Shown here: positions 53,201 through 64,000 of the stretch, piece after piece
Layout of the letters: every line of letters begins with the position of its first letter
Position numbering within the stretch: position 1 is the first letter of the stretch
Assembly (NCBI GenBank): GCA_002269645.1
Contig: NIVC01001204.1
Location: 124,001-188,000, forward strand
DNA length: 64,000 nt
Direction of reading: 5' to 3'
Source: Macrostomum lignano
Taxonomy: Eukaryota
Notes under the pieces: model-generated
What the model was told of the DNA's origin: nothing
What the model saw: only the letters and a program-made list of their open reading frames with translations
Database searches by the model: none
Made by a program: the position numbers and the translations under genes

Positions 53201-53656
53201 CACCTGGTGCCACCTGTTGAAGGTCTAGAAGCTCCGTCTCGGTGAAGGCCAGTAACCAACGAAGTCAGGGCTGATGCAGACACATTTGGTCGACGTGCTG
53301 ATGAAATTTGGAGACTTGGCAAGGCTGCACTGAGGCGCAGTGCTAATTGGCGCACAGGGGTGTACTGAATACACTAGCGCTTATGGGAAAAATCTGACCT
53401 TCTGGCAGAATCGTCGAATATCTCGACGGTCCGGAGGGTTGGCAACTTGATTCTTGTTTGAGAAGGTGCGCAACAAAAAGTTAGCCCGTGTTCTTGAATT
53501 TTGTGTGCCTGCGTTGCTCCGTTCCGGCGCAGCAAAAAAAATTGTCAGGGGGGGGGAAATTTTTCCCCCCCTCTTGGTAGTTCTACTGTTAATGCAGAAT
53601 TACAGTAAATCTAAATGACTACTATTCCACGATTTTCAAGATAAATTGACAACATT

Positions 53657-53728
<72 letters not shown>

Positions 53729-54806
53729 TGCTACTACTACTCCTACAACTTCTGCAACTACAAATACTACTCCTACTCCTACTCCCGGATACCATGTGAT
53801 GATGAGTCGTACAGGGCTCACACTAAGCTTTGCTCGAACTTGGACTGAGTACGAAAACGGCTTCGGCGATGGAGTGGACATGTGGCTCGGTGAGACCTAC
53901 GAGAGTATTGGTTCAACAGAAACAGTTTTAACCTATGAGTGGCCTATTTTAGTAATAAAAGATAAAAACATTTAAACATTTGTTTTCCCAAAGTCTTTGT
54001 GACGAAAGATTTAATAACTTACCATCGACCCTTTAGCAGGGCCGTGACTTTTGATTTATGTTATGATGACTCATATGCCGACTTAAAAGTGAGTAAAATT
54101 TTAAGTAGCACGAATTCTTCAAATGATGATTCATATTTTTATTACACCTGCCCCAATCGGCAGATGTGCAACCGACAGCTCAGCCGCAGCTATTGCGCGG
54201 CGCATCTGAAGGCTGCGTACGGCTGTTCAGTCTAAGGACTCTAACCATGCACTAGGCTACAACCCCTTGTAGATTAATTTACTTGTAACAGTCGCTGTTT
54301 GACTTGTAGACTTGTACTAAAAAAGACATTTTTAATCGCCACAGCAAGCTTTATGCTTATCCAATCTTGCATTAAAATCACTTCGTTCAGGCCTGAAAAC
54401 AATAAACGAGCTGACTGGGAGCACGCCAAAAAAGCTGAGAGTGGAGACTGTGTCCACTGCTGGCGTTTCGTACGTCGATGAGTATTCCGGATTCTCCGTG
54501 GGCGATGCCAGCACCAACTACGCCATGACCTTCGATGCTCATTTGATGGCCAGCTCAAACACGACTGGCGACTCGCTCGCCTATCACAAAGGCATGCAGT
54601 TCTCCACCATGGACAGGGATAACGATCAATCTCCCACTTCTTGTACCTCGAAATACGGCAATGGCGGCTGGTGGTTTAATTCCTGTCTGCGTACTCTTCC
54701 CACGGGAGGAGCCTACACAGCGTCCAACGGGGCGATCATCGATCCCTTCATTCGCTGGATATACGCTGATGAACTTCAACAGGCTATTCGATTGCTGCTG
54801 ATTTAA
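50237..54806 (+). CDS. PAN-FReD paralog 3 with a Thr-rich mucin-like stalk (319 aa)
   Basis: Exons 50237-50306, 50382-50606, 53641-53889 (DKLTTL-T19-STTTT...PGYHVMMSRT..FARTWTEYENGFGDGVDMWLG) and 54391-54806. Phase 1 GT-AG introns; total 960 nt. Confidence 0.9.
51099..53588. mobile_element. Foldback-type element: arms of about 1.1 kb with internal 151-bp tandem repeats, spacer of about 225 bp, TTAA flanks
   Basis: TTAA|CAGTAG...CTACTG|TTAA. The arms 51099-52173 and 52398-53588 are reverse complements. Unit starts are at 51492, 51643, 51794, 51945 and 52096, with 5+ units on the right arm. Confidence 0.9.
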
Positions 54807-56796
54807 AACCATTTCTAGCTTTAATTTTTCACTCTTGAGATCAGGAGTGCGGTTAATGGACATACGTTGTTGGTTCTGTAAGACGTGAAAGCTATATTCC
54901 GACGCAATATTTTTTTGGCTTTGTTATAAAAGCATGAAATCTGTTTTCAACATACATGTAGTTGCCGAAGGCCCGAAATCAAAAAAGTCCATTTTCAGAG
55001 GATTCTTAACCATTCATAATCCTGCCCATTTAAACTTTCTTTCATCAATATTATTAGTGACAAAGTTTTTCGCAACATCCCCAATAGCTTTTTTGGCGGT
55101 TCACTAGCAATCTAAAAAGTAAATCTGCGGCTGTCAGTCAGTCCAATCCTATCCCTAATTTTATTCTCATCCTATAGGAGACACTTTCTCCACTTACGTT
55201 TATTGGACATTATATAATGTCAAATGAAAATCGATACTAGCTAATATGGATCTAGCATTCGCCTGCACTGTATTTCATTTTTAAACCGACGCCAAATTTG
55301 TCGACTGCCCACAAAGATTTCAACACCAACAAGAACTGTAGTTTAAAGTCTGGAAAAAAAATAATCTATAATCATTACCAAGCAATAATTTTCACAACTT
55401 TAATTGTGTTTTTTCTTCGATTCGCTAAAACAGCCGCTGAAAAGAGTCTATCTTTGTCTTATCCTTCTCTTAATTTTTTATTTTCTGTACTGTCTAGAAA
55501 GCGATTTTTTAAATAGCAAGATCTTCTGTCATATCCAACTATAGCTACTAAATTCTAAATCCTAAATATACGTTATCAAAAAAACTCACAATCTAAAATA
55601 TCAATAGATCGCAATTTCTTTAACGAGCATCTGTTTAATCAAAGCTGAATCCAATCCTAACGTTGTTTTTAATACTTTTATTTTATCATAGTAGCCATTG
55701 TCGTTTAGAGAGAAAAATGCCAAAAATCACTGCTGCACAGACCATACAACGATCTTTTGTTAAATTGGACAACCATTTAAAGAAATCAGAGCCTTAACTG
55801 AAATCGTATAAAGTCCACCGTATGAAGTCTGTGAGGGCTAAAAGTGCGTTTCGCTTAGTAGTTTTCTTAGGCTTTATTCACGAGGGAAATATTTTAAAAC
55901 TTGATTAGACATTAATTTTTCTTCCGCGGGCAAACTAGTGGGAAAGATACCGGATACTTGTACATGTACATTTATTACATCATTGGGGCCATGTGCCCAG
56001 GCTCAATACCAAGCATGCAGTCACAATTAAATTGAAAATAAATTGGAATCTGGGCTTGGCGCTGCTCGTGCAATAAACGTCCTTGAGGGCCAGCCCTAAG
56101 GCACAGTGAAGTGTACATGTACCACACTTGGCTCCCCAACCCTTGAGAGCAATCAACGCGCTTTGATTTATTTTGACGTTTAGAGTTTTAAGCCAATAGC
56201 TGTTTTTCGTTTGTATCTGTGTATTTTTGCACCATTACAGAGAACTCAATTCATAAATGAACTCAATTGAGCAGACTCAATTCAATAAATGAAAAACCGA
56301 GAGGAAACGGTCATTTGATGAGTTTAACTAATCGAGATCGAGATTAACTAATTCAAATGCAATCTTGAAATCGGCAATAAAAGTTAAACAAATTATCTTA
56401 TGCTAGCATTCACTTGTATGATTACCTGATTAAACGGGGTGTAGAAATATCACGGATTTGTGGTAGAGACAGTCCGTTTTTGGCTAAAATGAGACACCGC
56501 ATAGAGAGGCTGCCATTCGGAGATATACTTCGGAGATGTAATTGGAAATAGCTGTGCCCAAGATAGGCTCGTAGGCACACGTACAACGAAGCTTCAGTTT
56601 ACATCCAGAGCATTCAGGTAACTTGCATTCACTCCAGTTCTATTGAGACTTTTTTCAAAGGTTAACCTACCAAAGCATATTTATGAGTTTGTAATTTAAA
56701 AAAATGGCGTTAGTGCCTTCTCTGGCTAATACATGAAATCAGAAGTTTACGAACTCCAACTTGTCCAGTAGTTAAACCGAATTGCTCTGTCAGGAC

Positions 56797-58019
56797 TCAG
56801 GTGAGATGATAGACCAGAAAGGAATAACGCAGCATGTCAAACTCCGGGCCAAGTACCCAACAGGTGGGCACAAACCAGCACAAATAGGTGCCATAGTACA
56901 GAGCGCCAATCGTGACCGGTAGGAGGTATCTACCTGGCTGGAAATGCTTCCTGCGTTGGTGCAGGCATTCAGCAAATACTCGGTCGCATTCGCAGAAGGC
57001 AAACTGGCAACTGGTCTGGTGATTTGAGCAGCTCACCTGCCTACTGGCTGACAGCCAGCGCCAGTTGTAGGGCGTCTGATAGCCAGTCAGGTGGCTGCAG
57101 CGATTGGAATCATGCACGGCATCGAAACATCTGGAGCGGAATTGATCAAGTTGAATCAGCCTGCTATAGTGCAAACTGTCTCGTTCTTGCTTGGAGGGAA
57201 TTGTTATAATGCTGTGATTCTTGGGGAGAATTACTGAAATGTCAAGGCTTACGGGGGAAGAGTTGATGAAATTTCAAGGCTTTAGGGTTAGGGATAGGGT
57301 TAAGATTAGGGTTAGGGTTGGGCTTAAGGGAAATTGCTGAGATTTCAAGGCTCACGGATGAATAGCTGAGATGTCAAGACCTACGGGGGAATAGCTGAGA
57401 TGTCAAGTTGTACAAGGGGAATCGCTGAGGCTATTGCAAGGAAAAGCTATATATAGTTTATTCAACAATTTTTATTTCATTCTTTTTTGGCTCCCCAACG
57501 GGAAGCGCTAATAACTATAATAGGCAGGCAGGGCTTATCGTAGACACTAAAGAGGTGGCAGTCGACCCGCAGTCAATGAGTCTTTTCCGCTCATCCCTTG
57601 CCCATCCAGCATGCACGAAATCAAACTGAGATGCACAATTGAACTCATGAACCGCTGCGCCACTCTACTGCCATATAAGTTGTCATATGAGCATAATGGT
57701 GATATAGTTTCCATTCTCAGAATTCACATGTACCGGTACTTTAAACAATCTCTCCAACGGTTACCGCACTGACGTACTTGTCGTGCGTGTAGCAGCAGTC
57801 ATCGATTGGATCTAGCACCGGTCCACCACCGCCGTAGCCGCACCAGTTAGCGTAGCCGAGTAGCCGCAGCGGCTCGATACCCGTCGTTGCGCGCACCATG
57901 TTCCTCAGCGTCACAATGCTGCGCTTCGAGCGCTGACTAATAGGCGTTGCTAGGGTCACTTCGGACAGCAGCAGAGTCGTTGACATGACGACTATTGCTA
58001 GCAAGAGCCTGTTCGGCAT
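56797..58019 (-). CDS. Secreted phospholipase A2 (group I/II-like fold, invertebrate type) as a prepro-protein; 3' end uncertain
   Basis: Exon 1 (58019-57778): signal peptide, RSKR, YANWCGYGGGG Ca-loop, DPIDDCCYTHD. Exon 2 starts at 57130 (phase 2 matches): KCF...PY.W....C...CQFAFCECDRVFAECL. It either reads to the stop at 56797 or splices at CCAG|GT 56933. Confidence 0.87.
57282..57330. repeat. Short degenerate TTAGGG-like tract in the PLA2 intron
   Basis: TTAGGGTTAGGGATAGGGTTAAGATTAGGGTTAGGG. Confidence 0.6.
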
Positions 58020-58224
58020 GTTCTTGGTCTATTCAAGCGATGTATCTGTTAGAGAGTTGTGGGCAGTGAGCAACCACTCGAAAGATTCCGTGCTTCCGAG
58101 TTTTCTAGCAGGTACTGCACGCATTAATTATCAAATTGTTACTTCTCTGCTAGGGAATTTAATAAGAGTTTCTCATTAAGTCATGAAATATAACTTCCTT
58201 CTAGGGTTGTAGTAGAGGTTGCAC

Positions 58225-58800
58225 TTAAATGCAGGGTCGTGGGGTTTGTAGGTTCCTGCAAGTTCGTGGCGTTTGCAGGTTCCTGCAGGGTTGCAGAGGT
58301 TGTAGGTTCCTGCAGGGTCGTGTGGTTTGTAGGTTTCTGCAGGGTCGTGGGGGTTGTAGGTTCCGGCAGGGGCATGTAGGTCGTAGGTTCCAGAGGGTCG
58401 TGGTGGAGGTTGTAGGTTCCTGCAGGGTCGTGGAGGTTGTAGGTTCCTGCAGGGTCGTTGTGTTTGTAAGAATTCTTGCAGGGTCGTGTAGGTTGTAGGT
58501 TCCTGCAGGTTCGTGTATGTTGTAGGTTCCTGCAGAGTCGTGGAGGTTGTAGGTTCCTGTAGGGTCGTGGGGTTTGTAGGGATTCCTGCAGGGTCGTGGA
58601 GGTTGTACTTGTAGGTTTCTGCAGGGTCGTGGAGGTTGTGGGTTCCTGCAGGTCGTGGGGTTTGTAGGAATTCTTGCAGGGTCGTGTAGGTTGTATATGT
58701 AGGTTCCTGCAGGTTCGTGAAGGTTGTAGGTTCCTGCAGGTTCGTGAAGGTTGTAGGTTCCTGCAGGTTCGTGAAGGTTGTAGGTTCCTGCAGGGTCGTA
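58225..58800. repeat. About 27-bp degenerate minisatellite (GGTTGTAGGTTCCTGCAGGGTCGTGGA)n
   Basis: About 20 copies just upstream of PLA2. Confidence 0.92.
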
Positions 58801-59699
58801 GAGGCGCTAGTAGTTTCAGTATAGTTCCAGACAACGAAACGCAAGCAAAGTATTCAGAAAAAGAAACGATCAAGCGCTTACAGAAATCCTCTGAATAGAA
58901 TGCAGCTGAGTTTGCAGTATGAAATCAAGCTGACATGACAAATGCTTAGCTTTTGGCTTTATGAAGTCACGTCAGTCTCTGCTGCCTTCACAACGCGGGA
59001 AGAGCATATAGTGTCCTGCTCTACCGGTAAATCTGCTGTATTGCGTAAGCAAAAATTTACTTGTGAAATACATGTAACTAACGCCTGCTTTGGTCAGTTT
59101 TAAACATGATTCATTTTAAATCAATAGGGACTGCCTACTACATTTATCTGAAAAAAAGCAATGAGATAGTGTCAGCTTTCAGGTGAGCACAGATAAGATT
59201 ACCTGCTGAAGTTCGCCGGACAAATTCGTCCTCAAAGAATCCACGCCCCCTCTGTAGGTCAGACGGGCTCTGTAGTTCACATACCAATCTCGGTTGGCAA
59301 AGCACTAATTCGCAAAATTATACCTGACCCACAATTTAAAACTAGTTAGAATGTACTTCAGAAGTACACTCTGTACTTGTTAAGTTTGTTTTAAATCGTC
59401 ATGAAGTCCGTATAACAAAGTAACAAAAAGAGAATAATCTTTTTTGTGCATCAGCTGATAATTTACACTATTTATTAAAATCAGTTTTCAAGTGTATTAT
59501 TTTAAACACCCAATCCTGGCATTGTGTTCCACATAACTATTAGAACACGACGTATACAAAGTATGTAATCTATAACAAATATCAGGTAAAAGATATTGAT
59601 TGTGGGGTAAAAACAATTCAGTGCGAAAATCAAACTTCGTTTCAAAAAGCTGTTGTAAATTTTTAAGCCTCGAAACCATTGTGAAGAAAAAGTGCTGAG

Positions 59700-60250
59700 A
59701 AAATTAACATGTACAACTATAGATATAATTTAGTGGATTTATGTGTAATTTGGAAGACATTGTACCATAAAAAAGTAAATAAAATCAAGGAAGTCATGTT
59801 CGCAGTAAAAGACCACGCTGCCAAAAGGCACGGACAAAAGAAATGATCAGCTGTTGAGCTCGCATGGACAACAGGAATGGAAAAATGGGATGGAAGTCCT
59901 TGATAGTCATGAACAACAGGAATGGAAGTCCTTGATAGTCATGAACAACAGGAATGGAAGTCCTTGATAAACATGGACAAATGGGATGGAAGTCCTTGAT
60001 AGTCAGGGATAATAGGAATGGAAGTCCTTAATTGATTGATTAATTACAGAAAAAGTAGTAAAATGTACAACTGCATAATTTAGTGGAATGTTGTGTAGTT
60101 GGGAAGACATTTTATAACAAAACAATAAAATTTTGCGATAAAAAGTCAATGAAATCAAGGAAGTCATGTTCATAGCAAAAAGATCATAGTAAAAAATCAG
60201 CTGTTGAATTCGCATGGACAACAGGAATGGAAGTCCTTGATAGTTAGGGA
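59700..60250. repeat. Local duplication (about 59715-59900 vs 60060-60245) enclosing a roughly 31-bp tandem (CATGAACAACAGGAATGGAAGTCCTTGATAGT)
   Basis: Direct visual alignment. Confidence 0.8.
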
Positions 60251-60420
60251 AGAACGGAAATAAGGGAAATTCCATAAAAGAATTAAAAAATGTAATATTT
60301 TTTCTGCAAATTAATCGAATAGAACAATTTTACGGTAGGTTCTAATCTAGTCTCAAGGGTAAGTTTAGTCTCGAGAGTTTCGCTTTTGCTTAAATTGATA
60401 ATTTACGTCAAAAAGGCTGC

Positions 60421-61398
60421 TCAGCAGTGCTTGGTTATGAGCCACTCCGCCCCGTCAGCCGCTTGCTTGGAGTCGATGGGGTACAGCAGCAGCAGAGGCC
60501 AGTGGTACCAGTCACCCAGCGCCACTCGCATGTTGTCCCACACGCCAAGATTGTAGCGTCTCAGGTTGCAGCCCATCTCGAAAAAGGTCTGACCTCGCAG
60601 CACTAGGACAGTCTCAAGGAAGAAGTAGACACATGTGACGCCAAGGCAGCCAATCTGCAGGTACACGCTGAGCACCAGGACAACGTTAACCAGGTAGCTG
60701 TAGTCACTAAACAGCCTCCACAAGGTGACGGGTAGGAAGAGATTACCAGGTAGTTGGAACTGATCAGTCAGGTTGATTGACGTCAGGCAGATCCCCATTG
60801 ACAGGCCGATGGTGCTGTAGACGCACATCACCAGGAAGTGCTTCTGGTTGTGGTGCCCGATGCAGCAGCTGGTGAAGTAGCAGTGATGGTCGCGGCGCAG
60901 CACGCACTCGCCGCAGATTTTGCAGTGATGCGACCGCGGCGGAGCGTCTCGCTGGCAGTGCGGACAGGCGCGCCAGCCCTCCTGCATCCGGGTCGGCTTG
61001 GCCGCGGCAGCAGCCGTGACCACCTGATTGGGCTGGTTGCAGTGGAAGCAGTAGACAATGTCTTTGTCATGGTGCCGATTGATGCAGGCCATGAAGTTCA
61101 TAAAGGTCTCGGCCATCACAAACAGAATGATGAAGAGGAATCCGGCAAACTCCACAGCGGTCAGGCCCAGCGTCGGCAGGACGAATATTATGCAGTAGAC
61201 TGGTACAGCCAGCAGGCAGAAAAAGAACGAAAATACTCCCATGCGATGCAGGTGGTAAGGCTTTGTAGTGAAATCGCGATTGTTGTAATGCTCCTTCCAC
61301 TGCTCAATCAGCGTTGGCTCCTTGCTTTGATTGGATTCCACAGATTTGTTGTCATTGCCTGCTGGCCGCTTGGTGACTTGGGAGCTTGTTGAGGACAT
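60421..61398 (-). CDS. DHHC-type protein S-palmitoyltransferase (325 aa, single coding exon)
   Basis: CPHCQRDAPPRSHHCKICGECVLRRDHHCYFTSCCIGHHNQKHF cysteine-rich domain, TM helices on both sides, QTFFE (TTxE-like) and YNLG..N motifs. Confidence 0.95.
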   Translation of the reverse strand: MSSTSSQVTKRPAGNDNKSVESNQSKEPTLIEQWKEHYNNRDFTTKPYHLHRMGVFSFFFCLLAVPVYCIIFVLPTLGLTAVEFAGFLFIILFVMAETFMNFMACINRHHDKDIVYCFHCNQPNQVVTAAAAAKPTRMQEGWRACPHCQRDAPPRSHHCKICGECVLRRDHHCYFTSCCIGHHNQKHFLVMCVYSTIGLSMGICLTSINLTDQFQLPGNLFLPVTLWRLFSDYSYLVNVVLVLSVYLQIGCLGVTCVYFFLETVLVLRGQTFFEMGCNLRRYNLGVWDNMRVALGDWYHWPLLLLYPIDSKQAADGAEWLITKHC

Positions 61399-62650
61399 CT
61401 TCTGAAAGTAAAAGATAAGTTTGCATAGGTAGGTTTAAACTTAATTTTGAGATAATGTGAAGATAGTATCAAATTCCATTATGAGATACTCTAGATAAAA
61501 TTTGGACTAGCTAGTCAAATAATGATAAAAACTATGATATATTTTATTTTTCGCTGATACCTACTTTACTTAAATGGACTTAAATTTAACCTAAATTAAA
61601 TTTATTTGCAATAAGCTAAGTGCTGGATATGGATAGATAGCAACATTTGAGGTGTGGGTAAGGATCACATATATCAAATAGTATGTAAAGCTAAACTGTT
61701 GAGAATCGAAGACATTTTGATATTCCTATCAATTGAATAGTCTTTCAACACATGAAAAGGGCGGTGCTATTGACATTTGATAGATTCTTTTGTATATTTT
61801 TCTTGAGGATATCAAATCTACTTTATATGTTGATAATTCATTGATTCATTATTTTCTAAGCGTGGGAATTTTGAGTACAAAATTTTAATTGCATTCTTTC
61901 TAGACAATTAAAAATGTATTAGTAAAAAGAAAACGCTATCCAAATTGGTAAAATAGTTAAAATTTACAGGGTTGCACACAAACAGACAGACAAATCTTAG
62001 AGGTTTAATAATACATGTCAGAGTTCTTTCATGAAAAATCTCGACTAAACAATGCACGCTCAAAAAATAGTGCACACTAGTTGCACTTAGCATAACAAAG
62101 TTAAAACCCTCGTTTAGACTTTTCTGAAAGCAAAGCTAAGTATTTGCTTTTTTATTTCAAATGATGCTATTTATTTTAATTAAACATGCTTAGGAGTTAT
62201 GTCTTTAACTAATTTTAACTTTTTTAATTTTAAATATCATTTTGCTTAGTGAGGGCGACGATCGATCGATGAATTCACGTGCACCATGCTTGTTTTGCTT
62301 GAGTTTACTTTATAAATATAAAAGTGCTTTGCTGCGATCCCAGTATTTTTGGATTGAGGTTGGTAGGGCCTATTCTGTCCTACCTCTAGCCAAAAATCGA
62401 TTGCATTCTAAGTTAAACAAATCTTGTCTTCATTTATCAAAAAATGATAAATTTAAAATTGGTACTTAGTAGGGATTCAGTGAGATTTTGACTTGAGGTA
62501 GCACCTTTTAAATTTTTTTCTAAGCGTTACCCTCCTGAGTAAGAGACATCCTACCTTTGAAAATTAGTAATAAAAGTTTTGTTTCTTAGGCCTACAACTA
62601 TTTTTGTATAACTTTTTGTCTTTTGTAGTTGGTAGGCCCTAACTTATAGG

Positions 62651-63567
62651 TAGGGATTCCAATCCCAGGATCCCGGGATCCCAGGATTGGGGCCAAAAAT
62701 CTGGGATTTGAATCCCGGGATTTTTTGGGAATCGAATCCCGGGATTAGAAATCCCAAGATTGCAAAAGTCCGGGATCAGGATCCCGGGATTTCAAGGCCT
62801 TAATCCCGGGATTGGTCTAGGATTAGAACAACCTTTCAATGCCTAAATTAGATAATTTAAAGTCTAAACATTTATTTGAATAATAAAACATTTATTTGTT
62901 TTTGCTGTTTCTCAATGAAACGTTAAACATTTGCAAAGCTCCTGTCCTAATTGAGCTAAAAATTGTTAATGTGAACTGTAAATGATAGATAATTTTAACT
63001 TTTTTCATTTTCCACCATGAGACGAGACTGAGGGCCTTTTCATAGTGCTTGTTCTGGTTCCAGAACCAGAACCAATTTGTGAAGTATAACTTTTTGTCTC
63101 CATAACTAGAGGGAGATATGTGCTATAAAGTTTTTATCATTGAATGACAGTCACCAAAAAGAAAGTGAAAAATCGTGCAAAGTGAGGCTGTTAAGGCAGT
63201 CAAATATTAACAGAGTTTAATAGTTATACTGCTGTTTTTCTTGGAATTCCGAACCGATTCTGGTTCTAGAATTGGTAATATGAAAAGGCCCTAAGACTCT
63301 GAGAGTCGCGAGACCATGACTACTACACGCGGCACGCCGCATAGTCCATCTTAGGATTCCAATCCTGGGATCCCAGGATTGGGGCCAAATCCGGGATTTG
63401 AATCCCGGGATTTTTTTGGGAATCGAATCCCGGGATTTTTAATCCTGGGATTGCAAAAGCACTGGGATTCCAGGATTTCGAATCCTGGGATTTCAATTTC
63501 AACAGCATCGGGATTTTGGGAGTATTCAATCCCGGGATTGTAAAATGTCGGGATTTTGGAATCCCTA
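62651..63567. mobile_element. Non-autonomous hAT-type element with an 8-bp TSD
   Basis: TIRs TAGGGATTCC(AA)...(TT)GGAATCCCTA, with CTTATAGG duplicated at 62643-62650 and 63568-63575. Subterminal AATCCCGGGATT palindromes are numerous. Confidence 0.85.
63032..63291. mobile_element. PIF/Harbinger (Tourist-like) MITE nested in the hAT element
   Basis: TIRs GGGCCTTTTCATA / TATGAAAAGGCCC, flanked by TGA and TAA (3-bp TWA-like, one mismatch). Confidence 0.7.
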
Positions 63568-64000
63568 CTTATAGGGCCTATAGGCTATAATATAGACTCA
63601 CTCTAATGAGAATTTTTTTTAGAAATCCCAAGTTTTTATGATACTGATTTTTAGGCCTAGGCTATGTGTTCTGAGTGTAGCAACATCAAACTTTCTAAAA
63701 TTGGTCAAGTATTAAAAATTTATATTTTTATGAGTGCTATCAAAATAGCCAGCACTCTTTTCAAATTATTCATTTAACTTGAAATTGTGCTATTCAAGGC
63801 CATACCCTCTAGTTTAGGTTTTTTGTGCAATAGGCCTAAGGATGCTAGGCCTATCTCAACTCTCCAAATTGTTAGTTTATAGGAGGAATAGCAAAGATGT
63901 CAATGCTTATATTCATAAGGGAATAACTAAAATGTCAAAAGCTATAACTATGTAGTTTATTCAAAACTTTTTATTACAATATTTGTTGGCTCTTCATGGG

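Noticed and set aside
53295-53330. CTGATGA as a hammerhead ribozyme core in the foldback arm
   Set aside because: No stem II followed by GAAA and no pairing for stems I or III was found.
57282-57330. Interstitial telomere or chromosome-fusion site
   Set aside because: Only about 5 degenerate units in one orientation within an intron; such tracts are common in small repeats.

Overview
This is a eukaryotic (invertebrate metazoan) window with spliceosomal GT-AG introns, GC-rich exons and a very high load of satellites and mobile elements. The style resembles a free-living flatworm such as Macrostomum, but that is inference and unconfirmed. Genes: two tandem DUF229 (alkaline phosphatase/sulfatase-like) paralogs on the minus strand, one cut by the left edge; a Snail-family zinc-finger gene with no visible SNAG motif but a PTDLS CtBP-type motif; three secreted PAN/apple + fibrinogen-related-domain (FReD) paralogs; a secreted phospholipase A2; and an intronless DHHC palmitoyltransferase. 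The three PAN-FReD genes have near-identical PAN exons but divergent C-terminal FReD loops. One gained a microsatellite-derived poly-Thr stalk, one lost exon 3 in frame at a LINE insertion, and two carry independent intronic insertions of the same TTAA-flanked TIR family, once as a 308-bp MITE and once as a 2.5-kb foldback palindrome with 151-bp internal repeats. About 15 minisatellite or microsatellite arrays are present, and at least three sit inside recognisable dispersed or inverted-repeat elements. No tRNA, rRNA or CRISPR locus is supported. All alignments and counts were done by eye.
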